This document shows, piece after piece, positions 14,368 through 27,556 of a stretch of 64,000 nucleotides of DNA; the stretch's first letter is position 1, and each line of letters starts with the position of its first letter. The stretch covers positions 1,566,457 through 1,630,456 of the forward strand of contig OZ316894.1 in assembly GCA_973895155.1 (NCBI GenBank), given 5' to 3'. The stretch is from Marsupella aquatica. Taxonomy: Eukaryota; Plantae; Marchantiophyta. Under the pieces are notes generated by a model. The model saw only the letters and a list, made by a program, of their open reading frames with translations, was not told where the DNA came from and ran no database searches. The position numbers and the translations under genes are program-made.

Positions 14368-15624
14368 ATTAACCTCTCATATTGACTAACTTTTACCCTT
14401 AGTTTGTTGCACTGGTTGTGTTGCACCATTATGGTTGTTTTATGAGTGCCTCTAGTCCCATTATGGATCTGGTTGAATTTTTGAAATAATTCATTCACTC
14501 TTCACAAACACTAAAAGGAAAACAGGGATCAATCTTCTAAAGACATTACTCTAAATGGACTCAAAATAGTGGAGGCCTGGTGTATTTAGAATTACCCTTG
14601 GTATAAAAAATTGCACAGGACATTCATATCTCATGGCTCAAGTTCCACTTCAAATCTACTTCAGAAATACTGGGTTTATACAAGTATGGGTTTCCAAATC
14701 AACTTTGAAATACTTCTTGTCCCCCCCCCAATAAATAAATAATTGCACAAGCTGCAATAATGCATAGATGCATGTATGCACTTATATACTGAACTGCACT
14801 TATACAGCTGTCATCTACTGCCTGGCTTCTGCACTTACACATAGTATTCAAAAAGTGCATTTCCCAATGAAAATTTTGGGATTCTCAAGAGCTACACTAA
14901 TCCACAGAATCCACTCATGGGCACTTACATACTAAACTGCACTTAGACATGGTGGACCGCATGGGCACACATTCAAGCAAAGATTAAGGATGAGAAGAGG
15001 AAATCAAAGGCCCAAATATGAAGATGACCTGGCCTCCTAAGGATGGAGCTCATTGATTCACAGGCACCTTGAGCAATCACTTTGACCCTGTGTTATCTAT
15101 GCAAGTCAAAGTGATTGCTCAAAGTGTAGACCCTTGCTATCTATGCAAGTTGGAACTGCCACCAAGGTCTACTTCAAACGTACCCAGGTTAAGAGTGTGC
15201 CGTTCAAACCAGGGACCCTTGCTTTGTGAGTTGGAATTGCAACCAAGGCCTAGTTCAAACCAGGGTTAGCTTATACAGGTCTGAAAATGGGGAACTGGTG
15301 GAGTCTCCAGAGCTGGATCATGGCAATTTATTTCCCTGATCCCAAACCGTGGTGCTAAATTCACTAATAGTGGTCATCGGCTAGAAAATTGCTGGAGATC
15401 TCTTATGTGCGCATGAGGTCAATTGGCAGTTGAGGTGAGGGAACAGCGAGTACAATCATGTTAAAGAAACTCTTGGTTTGTTTTTGCTGTACAAAGCGCA
15501 TACTCAACTAGACGATCTTTTCTTTTTCTCAGTTGTACAATTTTTGGTCGGACAATTGACCAAATTCACCTTGTAAGTAATGAAGGTTTCATTTGTTTTC
15601 AGTCAGTGGTGTGCCCGGTGGTTT

Positions 15625-18600
15625 GTCTTTAGAGTGAAGTCCTGGACTTCTTCCTGGGCAACTAACAACAAATCCGTGCTGAGAGATTTATCAATGGTAC
15701 CGCTAGGTTTACACCAAAAATGGTTGAAGTTCATTGATCCCAATGCTATTGGAAATTAATCTTGACAGATAATTTTTTTGAGAATTGATGGATGGCAAAT
15801 TGATTGATCATTGATTTCGTTCGCTTTTTACATGCGTAAAATTAGATACCTCTAGTCTCCAGAGAATGGGACTCCTATTATTTGTTGAGAAGTTAAGATT
15901 GAGAGATGGTGGTGGCTTGTATTGGAGGAAGATATTCTGCTTCCATTGTAATTTCATCAATTCATGTATTTACTACTGACAGCTTAATTCAAGATCTCAA
16001 GTTTTGTCTCCAAAGGCATGATTGTCGACAGTCTTATGTTCCCTGGATGATAAAGGTAAGCTGGCTTAGTTGCCAACGTTTTACTAACACTGAAGGCGTA
16101 ATTATGCTAAGTTGCACTAAACTGATAGAGAGAAAAGGTCAGGTCTGTGAATGATCTTTCAAGGCAACAAAAAAAAAGAGTCAGGTCTGTGAAATACATC
16201 TCTGGAAGGGAAGCCATTGCGAGGACAGTACCGATCAGGATTCCAAGTCAATCCCATTCTGGTTCCTAGCTTGACTGAGCTCATGGAAATGACACGTTCA
16301 CTTAGATTGTTTCAAGCTAAAATTAATGAGCCGCTGACTCCACATTGGCCCCACTAGTAGGGTCCGCAACGACCAAGTGCCCAAGCGCCCGAATTCCAGC
16401 AAGAGAGAAGACCAAATTAGCACAACGCTTGTGAGTAACCCCATCCTTGGGTGGTAATACATGTCCCTGCTCGATCATGACAATCATGGTACCCAGAGTC
16501 ACACAATAGGACAAATGGACTATGCGTCTGCAAGGATCTACAGTATATAGATTGTGCAGAATTTAATTCAGATTCGGATCACGTGCAAGACCATGGCCGT
16601 GCCTTTTGGTCAATCGATTGACTAGAACACATCTACCTCATGGTCGGATAGGATAATCTTTAGTTTTGGATTTATAAACCTGCGACCAAAGGCTGTAGAT
16701 TGATGGTGAAAGTTAGACGACGTCTAGCTTGAACAGGGAAGCAAGATACTGGCTTGGTGTTGACGAAGTACACTTCCTGTTACTCCTGCAGGCTCTAGAG
16801 TATCCATCCTATCGAAGGCCTACTTGATATCCATCCTGTAGAATGCCTAATCGATACGTGAGTTCACAGAGTAGAGGACAAACAAGGGAACGCGTTTAAG
16901 TAGGCGAAACGAGACCAGACGGAGAAAATAGAAGGTCGGAAGACAGCCATACCCCCAGTATAAGCTCCTCTTGAGGTAAGCTAATCGTCTCCTCAACTCA
17001 AACTCAACATTTCCGAGCTGCATTTTGGGTACGTTTGATAGGTTTTCGTGGTTGCCTGCAGTCAGTGCTTTCTCGGTAGATGCTTTGTTGAGGTATTTTG
17101 TTACCCACCTTTGCATGAATGGGAGGTGCTGAGATCTTCGGTTTTCAGATCTCCCGTGTCAGTGAAGGCCGCAAGTGCAATTTGACGGAATCTATGGATC
17201 GCGTAGGAAGTGTGAACTCTACTTAGTGGATTTCAGTGGAAACTTTGCCTTCTGTTTGGTCCCGGCCGGGGGATTGCATATTGCATGGAAGAATGTGAGG
17301 TTAATTTTAATTCTGCCCGGACAGATCACGCCGCACCGCAGGTGTTTCCTGGTATTCTGGGCATGCGAGGGTGAATTGGTGCTTGATGCACAAGCAGGCC
17401 CAAGGCTGCCTCCTCAATTTCAGCGCCTAACATTGGGGTCGACGTCGTCTGAGAATTAAATTCCACTGCTCGAACCTTCAGGTCTGGCGGAAGGGTTCGC
17501 CATCCAAACTTGTAAGTAATTTCAATACGTGCGCAGTAAGCTTACAGTCCCAGATTTCTAGCCGATCAGATCCTCCAGTTCTGATAGTCCTGCAATTGTC
17601 TAGCCTCCTATGGACTCAGATGTAGCTCTGCACTCTTCAACGGCTCAGCGATGATGAACAAAGAACCAGACTTTTCTTTCCCGACTCCATTTTCATAGAT
17701 ACGAAGAAAGATTTCTGGGTTTTGCCACCCCTCGAACAGGTCCTCAACACCCCGCGGCTACTAGTGTGAAGTTGAAGACTTTACTCTTGCACGTAACGCT
17801 AGATCTTGGGTTACTTTCTTGGTTGACAGGATATCTATGGATCGAAGAGAGTTCTCCGGGCTTTGCACTGCATCTTCCGCTGTTCACTAAGAAGCCGACT
17901 GACCTTCTCCGTTCTGATCTCCCTTCTACTCATACAGATAGATTCGAGCCTTTAAATTAATAAAATCTACCGAAGGTGAAAACTATCTCCAGGTTGCAAT
18001 CGAAATATATATCACCTCCTAACGTTTTTAAGCTCACAGGCTCCTGGAAACGGCTGGGCCCGATTAGTAAGTGTGCAGTGGGGAATCTTTCCTAACTAAC
18101 ATTGGGCATATCGTTCTATACTTAGATCTGGAAGTTCTTTATTTGATGTACACTCGATCCTACACTACTAGTGCCGCTCCAGCTTTCGCCTCATAGATAC
18201 ACCAGTGACATTTGTGTAAGAACGCCTCCGACCTTCGATACTGTTATGGTAATCGCTGACGGCTTTCTAATCCATGCCTGGTCGGACTGCAGATTCATGG
18301 CGGTGGTAAGTGAAGTCGTTGCAGTATGCAGTTCAATCCTCGGCATTGTGTCAAAGATCGACAATGTCAAGGAAGACTGGTTCACTGCATCAGCCGAGTA
18401 CCAAAGTGAAGCGGAAATCCTCCGCTCAAGGCTTATCTTCTACGAAGAGCAAGTCCACACCCATCAGCAACCAGTGGACAGTACTATGATGAAGACTTTG
18501 AAGAGAGCTGAATCAACATTGAGGAGGGCGGAAGCAAGATTGAATAACTTGGAGAAAAGCGTCGACAGCAACCAGTGCTGTTCGCAAATCTGGTGGTTGT

Positions 18601-21500
18601 ATGCAAAGGTGACCATGACCCTTTTCCCAGAGAAATTAGAGTGCACATTGAAGAAGGTGAACCAGGACCTTGATGGCATCCTTAAAATATTCAAGGACGA
18701 ACAGGAACTCTCTGGTCTTCTGCGAGAAGCAGACAAGCGTCGAGCCATCTCTACAGTTGTCCACAATAACGATAATAAATATGTGCCAATAGAAAAGTCA
18801 CAGTCTGCGGTCACTCAAGCCATCGAAGATTCTGATGGCCCTCCCATGATACTACTGCATGGTGGAGTAGGTAAAGGCAAATCCACTCTTGCCAGATACA
18901 TGTGTGAGCGCTACGGGCCATTTGGAGAAAAAAAAGGCGTCTTTGATCACGTGATTGTGGTGTCGTGTGCTAATAGTTCCATATCTGATCTTGCCACCAA
19001 GCAATATGAAATCTTGGAGCAGCTTTCTCCCACGAGTTTAACCGAGGAAAGCAGTTCAAGATCTGGAACTGGAAAATCTGGGGACAGTACGGGCTCAAAA
19101 TCTAGAATTGCAAGAGCTCTCCAAAATTTCTTCATTGGCAAGAAGATTCTGATGGTCTTAGACGACGTTTCAGATAAGGGGTTTCTGTATAAAATGTGGG
19201 AGACTGCCAGAGATGGTAAAGATGATAAGATACTCATCACTTCCCAATGGTCGAATATATGCGACGACTTTAAACATGACTCTTTGCTTATTACGATGGA
19301 AGATCCTACCAATGAGGAAGCGAGACAGATCCTTGCTTCTCTTGTGGGGCTGGAGAGTAATAGAATTCCTGAGAATATACAGGTTAGTTCCTCGAGCACA
19401 TTTCACCCTGGTCGTTTATTGAGGAGGTACTTGTTTTGTTAAGTTGTCTGGTGTACATGTTTCTAATGTCTACTAACTAGATTAGTCCTTAATTACTGTA
19501 TGTTTTATCTTTGTATACAGGGGATAGCAGATGAGATGATCAAAGCAACAGCGGGAAATCCGTTAGCTTTGGCATGTTTGGCAAGTAACTTTGCTTATGT
19601 AAAGGATGCTAAAGATAAAACAAAGAAGCGGGATTGGCAAGCTGCTTGGAGAGAGTTGTCTCAGTTGCTTGGCAATAAAGCGATGGCTATCGTGGCAGGG
19701 CAGAATAGTGAGACTGCCGCTAGAAGCCTGTGGGGTGCCATGAAGATTTGTATAGAATCCCTTCAAACAGAGGGTGCAAAACGCACACTCTTCTTGATGT
19801 ATGCATGTAAAGGAGTATCGGTTCCTGAAGAGGTCCTGCGGATTTTGTGTGCTGGTATGAAGATGTCAAATTCTACTTTCAAGAGGTCCATAGATGAATT
19901 GCGCATGCGAGACCTACTGAAACCTACAACGGATACATTAGCATGGAAGATGAATTTGGGGAACGGACCAAATGACGAAGTGTCTGCTGCGTGGTCCCTA
20001 CAGTCTTTAGTGAAGCTCTATATGGAACGGCATGTGGTAGGGAAACAGGAAATGAGGGCAGTGATTGGGGCATTGGTTGGTGATGACCAGCTTCCACCTG
20101 AGTCAAGCACCAAATACAAGGTACAGGATCATGAAACTGAAATATTGGAGATTGCAAGCGGGACTAAAACAGCAACTGTGGAGAGTGATGAGGTGAGGGT
20201 GACAATTGCTCTTTGTGCTCTGTACTTTGACCGCCACCATTCCGATCAAGGCGTGACTCAAGCCGTGGCCAAGGCTTTTAAAACATCCAATATTGAAGAC
20301 TCTGAAGACAACATTAATGATCTGAGGAGGAAGGCGATTGAGCCGTTGATATGGCTGCTCGACAAGCCTGAAGAGGACGACGAATGGGCGGAAATGGATA
20401 AATGCTGTGTGAGGAAGGTACTGTCCTGTTCCCCTTGACTATGTTCTTTCCTTTGCAACTTATGTGAGTCCTCATTGAAGTTAGAGAATCATTCGTGTAA
20501 TTCAAATACCCAAGCACGCACAGATCTAACAGTTCACATGTTTCGCATGACCGATTTATTCAAAGTTTACTAGCCGTACTTGAGCCATTCTTCGCAAGTG
20601 CACTTCTTCTGAAAATCCAAAGGACAGTACTCTGTTAACTATGCAAATTCAACTTCTCCCGTGAAATTACTGTTTGATAGCATGGGGCTGTTAGTATGGT
20701 AAACGCAAGTAATGAGTTATCTTGTAAGTCTATTGGACAGAATAACTATTTAGGTTCTATATCTGATAGTTTTTAAAATCAGAGGTCGAGTCTTAGAAGC
20801 ATGATTTCTTAGAAGAGCCATGTGTCTTGGTGAAGTTTGTTTGCCTTGTTTTTATTTGACATGATTTCTTGGAAATTGTAACAGTTGTGTCTGTATTAAA
20901 CGAAGCGCGGTTATTTGAAGTGATGTTTTGTCACTGAATTGTTTTGGACTTGTGAATCACTTTCTTTGCAGGTTGTTCTTGACTACATATGCAAGCGTCA
21001 GCTAGATAACAAGAACATCACTCATCTGTTGAAGTTGGCTGCTTGTCCTGCTGCACAATTGGCCACTCTCAAGGCCATCACTCACATTACAACCATAGAA
21101 GAAACGCCCCTGCTCAACGAAAACACAGTCCAGTTTTTACAAGCTGTAGTCGACCTTTTGAATGTGAAGGAGGGTTTCCACACCTCAGTTCAAGAGGCGG
21201 CCTCTACAGCACTGTGTGAAAGTTGTTGGAAGGCGGCGTACGACAAATCAGCAAACCTTGTTGCTAACATGTCACCTATTTTGGAGGTGTTTGTACACTC
21301 ACTTGCCATCCCCGTTTGGAAGTCGGATGCATTTGCCGAAAACGCAGCATTTGCCTTGAAGGGCTTAGCATTCTCGGAGGAAGAGGACATTGGACAATTA
21401 CTTGTGAAGAAACAGGACCTACTAGCTAGCCTTGTGCGTTGCATGTCTCAGCAATCCAAACCTAGTTTGCAAGCAGCCGCATCAGGGGCTTTGCGAAATC
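15625..21500 (+). repeat. Segmental/tandem duplication unit copy 1 (upstream region plus NLR-like gene); the paired copy runs from ~57608 to the window end
   Basis: Colinear near-identity starts at gtctttagagtgaagtcctgga (~15625 vs ~57609) and continues through the promoter, exons and introns. Confidence 0.9.
16323..16520 (-). mobile_element. Relic of an RLE-type (CRE-like) non-LTR retrotransposon endonuclease
   Basis: Translation RCANLVFSLAGIRALGHLVVADPT resembles the R.D.......RTL.DV.I.DPT PD-(D/E)xK core. The paralogous copy at 58325-59000 retains the downstream motifs. Confidence 0.55.
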
Positions 21501-23135
21501 TATCTTGTAGTGAAGATGACGCTGTCAAGCTGAGAATTGCCAATGAGGAAGGTGCTCTAGGTGGGGTACTGAGTTGGTTGTCAAACGATGACAACGGCGA
21601 AGTACAATTAGATTCAGCCTGCATTTTGGCAGAGCTAGCAGCTTCAGACGAAGAGGCTCTGAAGTTGAGAATTGCCAATGAGAAGGGTGCTCTGGTTGGC
21701 CTCGTGAGTTGCTTATCAAAGCACGACAACAGCGAGTTACAAACACTGGCAGCATGGGCTTTGAGAAACATAGCCAGCTCAAGTGATGAGTCTCTCAAGT
21801 TGAGAATCGCCAATGAAAAGGGGGCTCTGGTTGGTCTAGTGAATTGCTTGTCTCAACAATCCAAACCTGACTTGCAAGCAGCTGCATTGGGGGCTTTGCT
21901 AAATCTAGCTTGTAGTGACGATGAATCTGTTGAGCTGAGAATCGCCAAAGAGGAGGGTGCTTTGGCTGGTCTCGTGAATTGCTTGTCCCAATGTGAGAAC
22001 CCTGATGTGCAAGAAGACGCAGGCATAGTGATATTAAAGCTAGCTCGCACTCCAGATGGAAGGGCGATCCTTAAAGGAGCGGAAGGTCTGTTGCAGGGCC
22101 TTACAAGCTTAGTGGGAGGTGATGTGCGTGGGGATATTCGAAGTTCAGCAGTACAAGCGCTATTTCGAATAGACCCGACACTAGCTAAGGAAGTGGGGTT
22201 GCTCTCGGCACAACTAGATGGCGAAGCTTTAAGGTATGGTCGTGAATTTATAATTGAATTCGAGCACAACCTAGATTGTATAAAGATCGATGGAAAGCTA
22301 AGGGCAATATCTGTACATAGGTTATCTGTACAGAAGCTAGTTTCTCCTGCAGCAAGATACTGTACTACACTAACCATTCCGCCGAGTTAGCTGGCTTGAG
22401 AAGCGCAGGTTGGAAAGAGAATTAACCTGTACTTGATTCGAGGGTTCAACTAGCAGAAGAGTTCAGAATTTCCAGAATTTTGCAGTCGTTTTCCCTCATT
22501 TGTCTTGTGATCTGCCTCGGTTAGCAGGCAAGCGAATTTGTGGCAAGCCTTTTGACGATAAGATGTAGAAGTTCTCTTAGCATTGCAGAATCCAGCAGAT
22601 GAATTATTGTACCATACAGTTTGAGACGTCCAAGCCTAGTGGCATTGGATTGAGTAACATAGCTATACTTGAAATATGGTTGTAACCGAAGTTAAGAAGA
22701 AAGGGTGAACATGTTTACATCCAAGTGCACGTGATGTGTTTGCAGCGTATATTAACTAAGTTTCATATTTGTGATGGCAGTTATAGAATTTTTGTAAAAG
22801 CAAAATTTGGAGACTTTGAAGGGGCACTGGATGATGCCAACAAGGCAATCACGATGCCAGATGGCGACACGTTTTTTACCTTCCAAGAGAGGGGTGTCTT
22901 GAAACGAATGATGGAAGACCTTGAGGGAGCCCTGGCCGATTTGGACGAAGGATTAAAACGAAAAAGCAATGACTACGAGATGCTGAAGCATCGTGGATAT
23001 GTCAAGTTCTTGTTAAAAGACGTGGAAGGCGCTCGAGCAGATGCAGAATGGGCTCTATCGATCCAGTCCTCAAGGAATGACAGCGACTTCTACTTGGGAG
23101 CAACCCCTGTAGAATACTTGGGCTACAAGCTGTAG
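18297..23135 (+). CDS. NLR-like STAND protein, CC/4HB-NB-ARC-ARM repeats-TPR (~1199 aa), 4 coding exons
   Basis: Exons 18297-19382, 19521-20417, 20972-22233 and 22781-23135 are joined by phase-consistent GT-AG introns (3600 nt, no stops). Motifs: P-loop GGVGKGKST, kinase-2 ILMVLDDV, RNBS-B KILITSQ, GLPL-like GNPLAL, 45-aa ARM repeats, and ~3 TPRs (GDFEGALDDANKAI, RGVLKRMMEDLEGALADLDEGL, RGYVKFLLKDVEGARADAEWAL). Confidence 0.88.
21395..22050 (+). repeat. Coding tandem repeat, 135-bp (45-aa) armadillo units
   Basis: LRIANE(E/K)GAL starts recur at 21530, 21665, 21800 and 21935, an exact 135-nt period. Confidence 0.9.
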
Positions 23136-24410
23136 CAGTGGAGATTATTACTCGATGTCCGACAGTTACCGGGACTAGTAGATCATTGAATTGCGCCACT
23201 CGTTGATTGTTTGTGTGAATTGTGTGAAGCAGATTGAAGCTTGAATGACAGCCATGACATGCGATTCCCTCTCTGGGACTGGAAAGCTTGAAAAAAAGAC
23301 TTCGTAGCACCATATGTGCAGCCTGGCCCCGCACAGAGGGTGTCAAAGATGATTCTTTCTATGTAATATTCAATTGCACGTAATTCAATGGACGGATCTG
23401 ATCATACTAAGAGCTCATGCAGGCAAGGGTTTCAATACTAAGGACCACGAGCCTGCGACGTAAAGTCATCATTCAGCACTTATGGAGACTGAAACATCAA
23501 CATGTCTAAGTTTTGTAGCACCCTGTAACTTTTGTAGTATTATCCCGTTAAGAAAGACAAGAGAATCCCCCTGCTGTTAGGTGACATTGTGGCTGTTTCC
23601 TCCAGAAGCGTAGCTTTCGCATTCCATAGAGAAACAGAGAGATGGAAGAAGGGGAAGGACATAATCATGATGTTGCTTTGCGACTGAAATCTTCTATGTG
23701 GTCATTTCTTGTGGCTAGATGTAGGAAGAGTTGCAAAATGCGAAGTCATAAACGGTGTCTGCAGGAGTGGGGACGAGATTACGAATTCAAGACAAGCTCG
23801 CGATTCGATCACTACATTGCCGTGTGAGTTTAGGAGAAGCATCCAGAAACATCATTTCCAAATGCAACCAAAGTAGAATAACACTTGAACGCTGTCGTGA
23901 GGTGAAATGACCTTCGGAAGAAGCAAGCTCTGCTACGTTGACCCCTTTATGGATATATTCTTCCAGAAGTAACGGCTGGATCCATAAATCTTTTCTGTCC
24001 ACGAATTTGTGGGTCGTTGTGAATTCCAGTATGTGCAGAAGTTGCAGCTCTGGTCTCTATAATCTAAATCTTTCCACACGCATTTTGAATCAAACAGGAA
24101 CTAAGGTCTCCAGCTGCTTATCTCTAGGTGGCGTCTACGGTTTCACAAACTAGCTGTATGTCTTATGTTTCATAATCGTAACAAGGACGTTTTCCCAAGG
24201 GTGTGGCTATTGTTCTCTGTCCCTGTGATATCAGAAAGGCAGCAAGTGGCTTCACTGTGTGATCTTGACCGGGCCTAAGGTATTGTGTACCTTTTTCCAT
24301 GACGTTTGTGGTCCTACATTTGGTTTACAGTGGGTCCACTTCTGTTCAAGCAGTATTTGGCCGGGATAGCCTAGTGCAACAAGAGGCTTCCGTTTCAAGC
24401 TTTTTCATTA

Positions 24411-25482
24411 TGGGGGGACTTAAATATAGGCTGTGACTAATTTCCCGGCCGTGCAAGTTAGGGCTAGGTTCCATGGGCCAGGGGCAGGGAGTAAGATCAC
24501 TCCCTTTGACACCCCCTGCGGCCCAAATAGACCGTATGCCAAGGTGTACATAGTATTTTAAATGTATGAATTTTGACTTTAGAGCCAATGAGAATGCATT
24601 GTATAACGTACTGTCACTATGTAGGGGCAGGGTGTGTGTCGACTTGTTAGATGCGCAGAGCTTGAACACGAGACATGAAAACACTCAAAGCCATCGAACA
24701 CGATTTTGAAAACTTCCTGGAGTGCAGATTTCATTATGCCTCAAAAGAGGGCGAGACCCAGAGTACATAGTGGCGTGGGGATCGATGGACCTCAGTCCTT
24801 ATCACACCGTTGTCCCGCGGAAGCCATGTGGCACAGAAAATGACGATTTGACGAGCACCGAAACAGAAAGGTAAACTTTCACAGTGTGCCCCTTGAGTTT
24901 AACAGGGAATGTGAGGGAAAATCATACTCCCTACTATCCTCTTTGTACATTCCTCACTCCCTGGAACAACTGTGAATTTATTGACACACATGTGCACTCC
25001 TCACTCCCAGCCCCATGGAACCTAGCCTAGACAAGGCTGTAACATAGTATGGCAGCCCCCAGCCTAAGTAGGCACAATGTGGTTGCGGGGTTTGACTATT
25101 TCCTGGGGATTGTGTGGGTCCAAACTGTCAATTTTTTTTGGTTTTTTGGAAAGCAAAGCATCTTTCTTGCGCAAGCCAGTTCTGGTTTACCCGCACCACT
25201 TGTTTCCCAGTGCAAAAAAATTTAATTTTCTTTTAAGCTTGTTATATCAGCCTGGGGTCGGCCTTAAACCGCCACCAACCAAGACAAAACCATGATTACA
25301 CAGATTTCACCATTTTTAGTACTCTTTCTCACAATCGTGGAACAAAGCCTCACAATAGACGAGAGAAATGTGAAAAAGTGAGGAGTTTTGGACACTCCTC
25401 CTTTTATATGGCCAGTGGTGGTTTAAGGGCACAGGAGCCATTTTGTGATGAAACCAACTGACCCTAATTTTGAGTCCCCCTA
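24411..25482. mobile_element. Probable hAT-type MITE hosting a nested MITE
   Basis: Ends tggggggacttaaat / attttgagtcccccta are imperfect TIRs. The 8-bp flanks tttcatta and tttcatct match at 6/8. Confidence 0.4.
24462..25027. mobile_element. PIF/Harbinger (Tourist-like) MITE
   Basis: Perfect 16-bp TIR ggctaggttccatggg / cccatggaacctagcc with a 3-bp TSD TAG. Confidence 0.75.
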
Positions 25483-26179
25483 TTTCATCTAATGCCAGCC
25501 CCTTAACAGCAGAATCTGGAAAATATTAGATATTGTTTGTGCAATCTTTTCATGTTTTTATCCAGCATCAACATATATTCAACACCAACCTCTATTTTCT
25601 TGTTTTTATACTATAACTTTAAAAATAATGGATGCATGGAAGAGTCCATGCTTACACCAAAATGCTTAGAATATTCTTAAAATTTATATGAAATACTTTA
25701 TCAGTGAGTTCCATTTAAAAAAAAATTAATAATTTGTTTTACCAACCCTGGTGACACTACAGTAGATTTATGTGTTTTCAGGCCAGGGACGAGAGTGTTC
25801 ATTTTATGAGGTTGCTTGCCTGCCCATTTCATTAGACACCCTCAGTAATGAACCTAATCGCCTTAAACGTTTTGTAAGTGTCAATCCTCTCTTGTGCGAA
25901 GGGGCTTTGGTGAACTCTACTTTCGGGTGGGTATTTGTTCAAAAGCTGCTGCCTCAGAAGTTTGGACTCATGACCCCACTCACTCATGATTGCTACGAGT
26001 CCACTACTGTTTCATTTAACTCCTTCATTCTCTCTTGTTATTTTCGTCTCATGCAGCAGGTTTGAAGTTCTTGGTTTGTTGCATGAGTTTGCCGAAGGGC
26101 GGGTTCATCCAAGCGAGGTTTTGACTCCAAGATGCCACGGTGCTCAGGATTGCTGAGTCTTGTGGTTTGCTCTGCCACT

Positions 26180-26790
26180 ACAGTACTGAAGCAACTGTTT
26201 GGGGAATGGACAGTGGAAAAAATGCAAATTCCAAGCGGGGGTCTTCTGTGAATCTGATCATGCAAGTGCTCCAAAGCAACTTAGAGGGGAAATTTAAAGT
26301 TCTGGATCCGGCTCTCACTCAGCTCTTTATTCTGAACAATATTCACTACATGATGAGATCTGTCCGAAGGTGGGTTGGCAAACGAATGCCTCACTAGCAA
26401 AGCCTGGATTGTGAACCAGTTTGCCATTTCTTTTTAGTTAAGCATTTTCTACTTGTGACGCAAAGGCAGGTTGTTCTTTGCACACACAAGAATTTGTTTT
26501 CTACAAGATTATCATTTCAATTTTTATACAAGAATTTGGTTTCCTGCTCAATTAACAGTTGATCCTCTGTGAGATTCCTGATTTGGTATCATTTCTCTTT
26601 GTTGTTCTAGTAAACTATTTTCTTCTGATGTCATAGCTCGGCAGTGAATGCCTCAACAATCAGTCACACATGAAACTACATTCATATTTGCAGGTTGGAG
26701 GTAAAAGAGTTGTTGGGATGATAGGGTACAACGACATTGACAACTTCTGCAGCAGCATGCATCTGTATATTAGTGGTCTGCCTGGGGAAG
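26180..26790 (+). pseudogene. EXO70: Exocyst subunit Exo70 (Exo70A-like) two-exon relic
   Basis: IMQVLQSNLEGK...DPALTQLFILNNIHYMMRSVR, then intron 26370-26693, then LEVKELLG-DDRVQRH*QLLQQHA...AWG. This matches the Exo70A1 NNIHYMVRSVRRSEAKDLLGDDWVQRHRR motif, with frameshifts and stops. Confidence 0.85.
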
Positions 26791-27556
26791 GTTATCATTG
26801 TTGTTTAAGTACTGATTGCTTGCCACATTGCTGTAGTTACACGGAGTATTCAAACGTCGTTAGATGCTTTCTTTAATAAGCGACCAAAGGACCTCTTTTA
26901 TTAGGTATCATCCAATCGTAGATGTCCTTCTAGAGTAGTGGAATGAGACAGCGAGTGGTGGACCTAGCCACCCAGCGCCCTCACCAATCCCAGCACTCAC
27001 ACCTAAGTGCCCCTGGTGCTCGAACGCCTCCACGGAATACCTCGAGCAAGCAACCTAGTGCCCTTTTGCACCGCCAGCGACCCCTCCCATATGAAGCCGC
27101 ACGTGCCCTCCTACACGACCGCTACTCAATGGTCCTCACTATCTGCACAAGCAACCAAGTACCTCGGTAAGTAACCCCTCAGGATCTAGTATTCGCCAAG
27201 TCTAGCATCCTAACTCAGCTCAACAGACATTGGTAAATAGGTCAACGATAGGTCCTCCCAATGCCATAAGCCAGAACCAGAACCCACGTCCACTGTTCAT
27301 CCAGAACAACTCCTTCCTTGGGCGCGGCCCGGGTTCCCCCTCGTACCTATCCATCACCAACTGACCGCCCTGACCCCAGGGCATGCTCATGGCCCAAATA
27401 GCGTAGCTTGTCCTAAAGCTTGTCCCAACACGCCGGGACCAGAATGACCTCGACTCTAGCAACCAACTCCTGGTTCGTCTCACTGATGATCTAGGGGCCG
27501 AACACTCTTGGGACTCAACCGCCACACCTACTTGGCCTTGCCTCCCCAACGCAAGC

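Noticed and set aside
18171-18296. Upstream in-frame extension of the NLR ORF shown in the ORF track
   Set aside because: Starts at a non-ATG codon and differs by an indel between paralogs; ATG 18297/60807 is the conserved start
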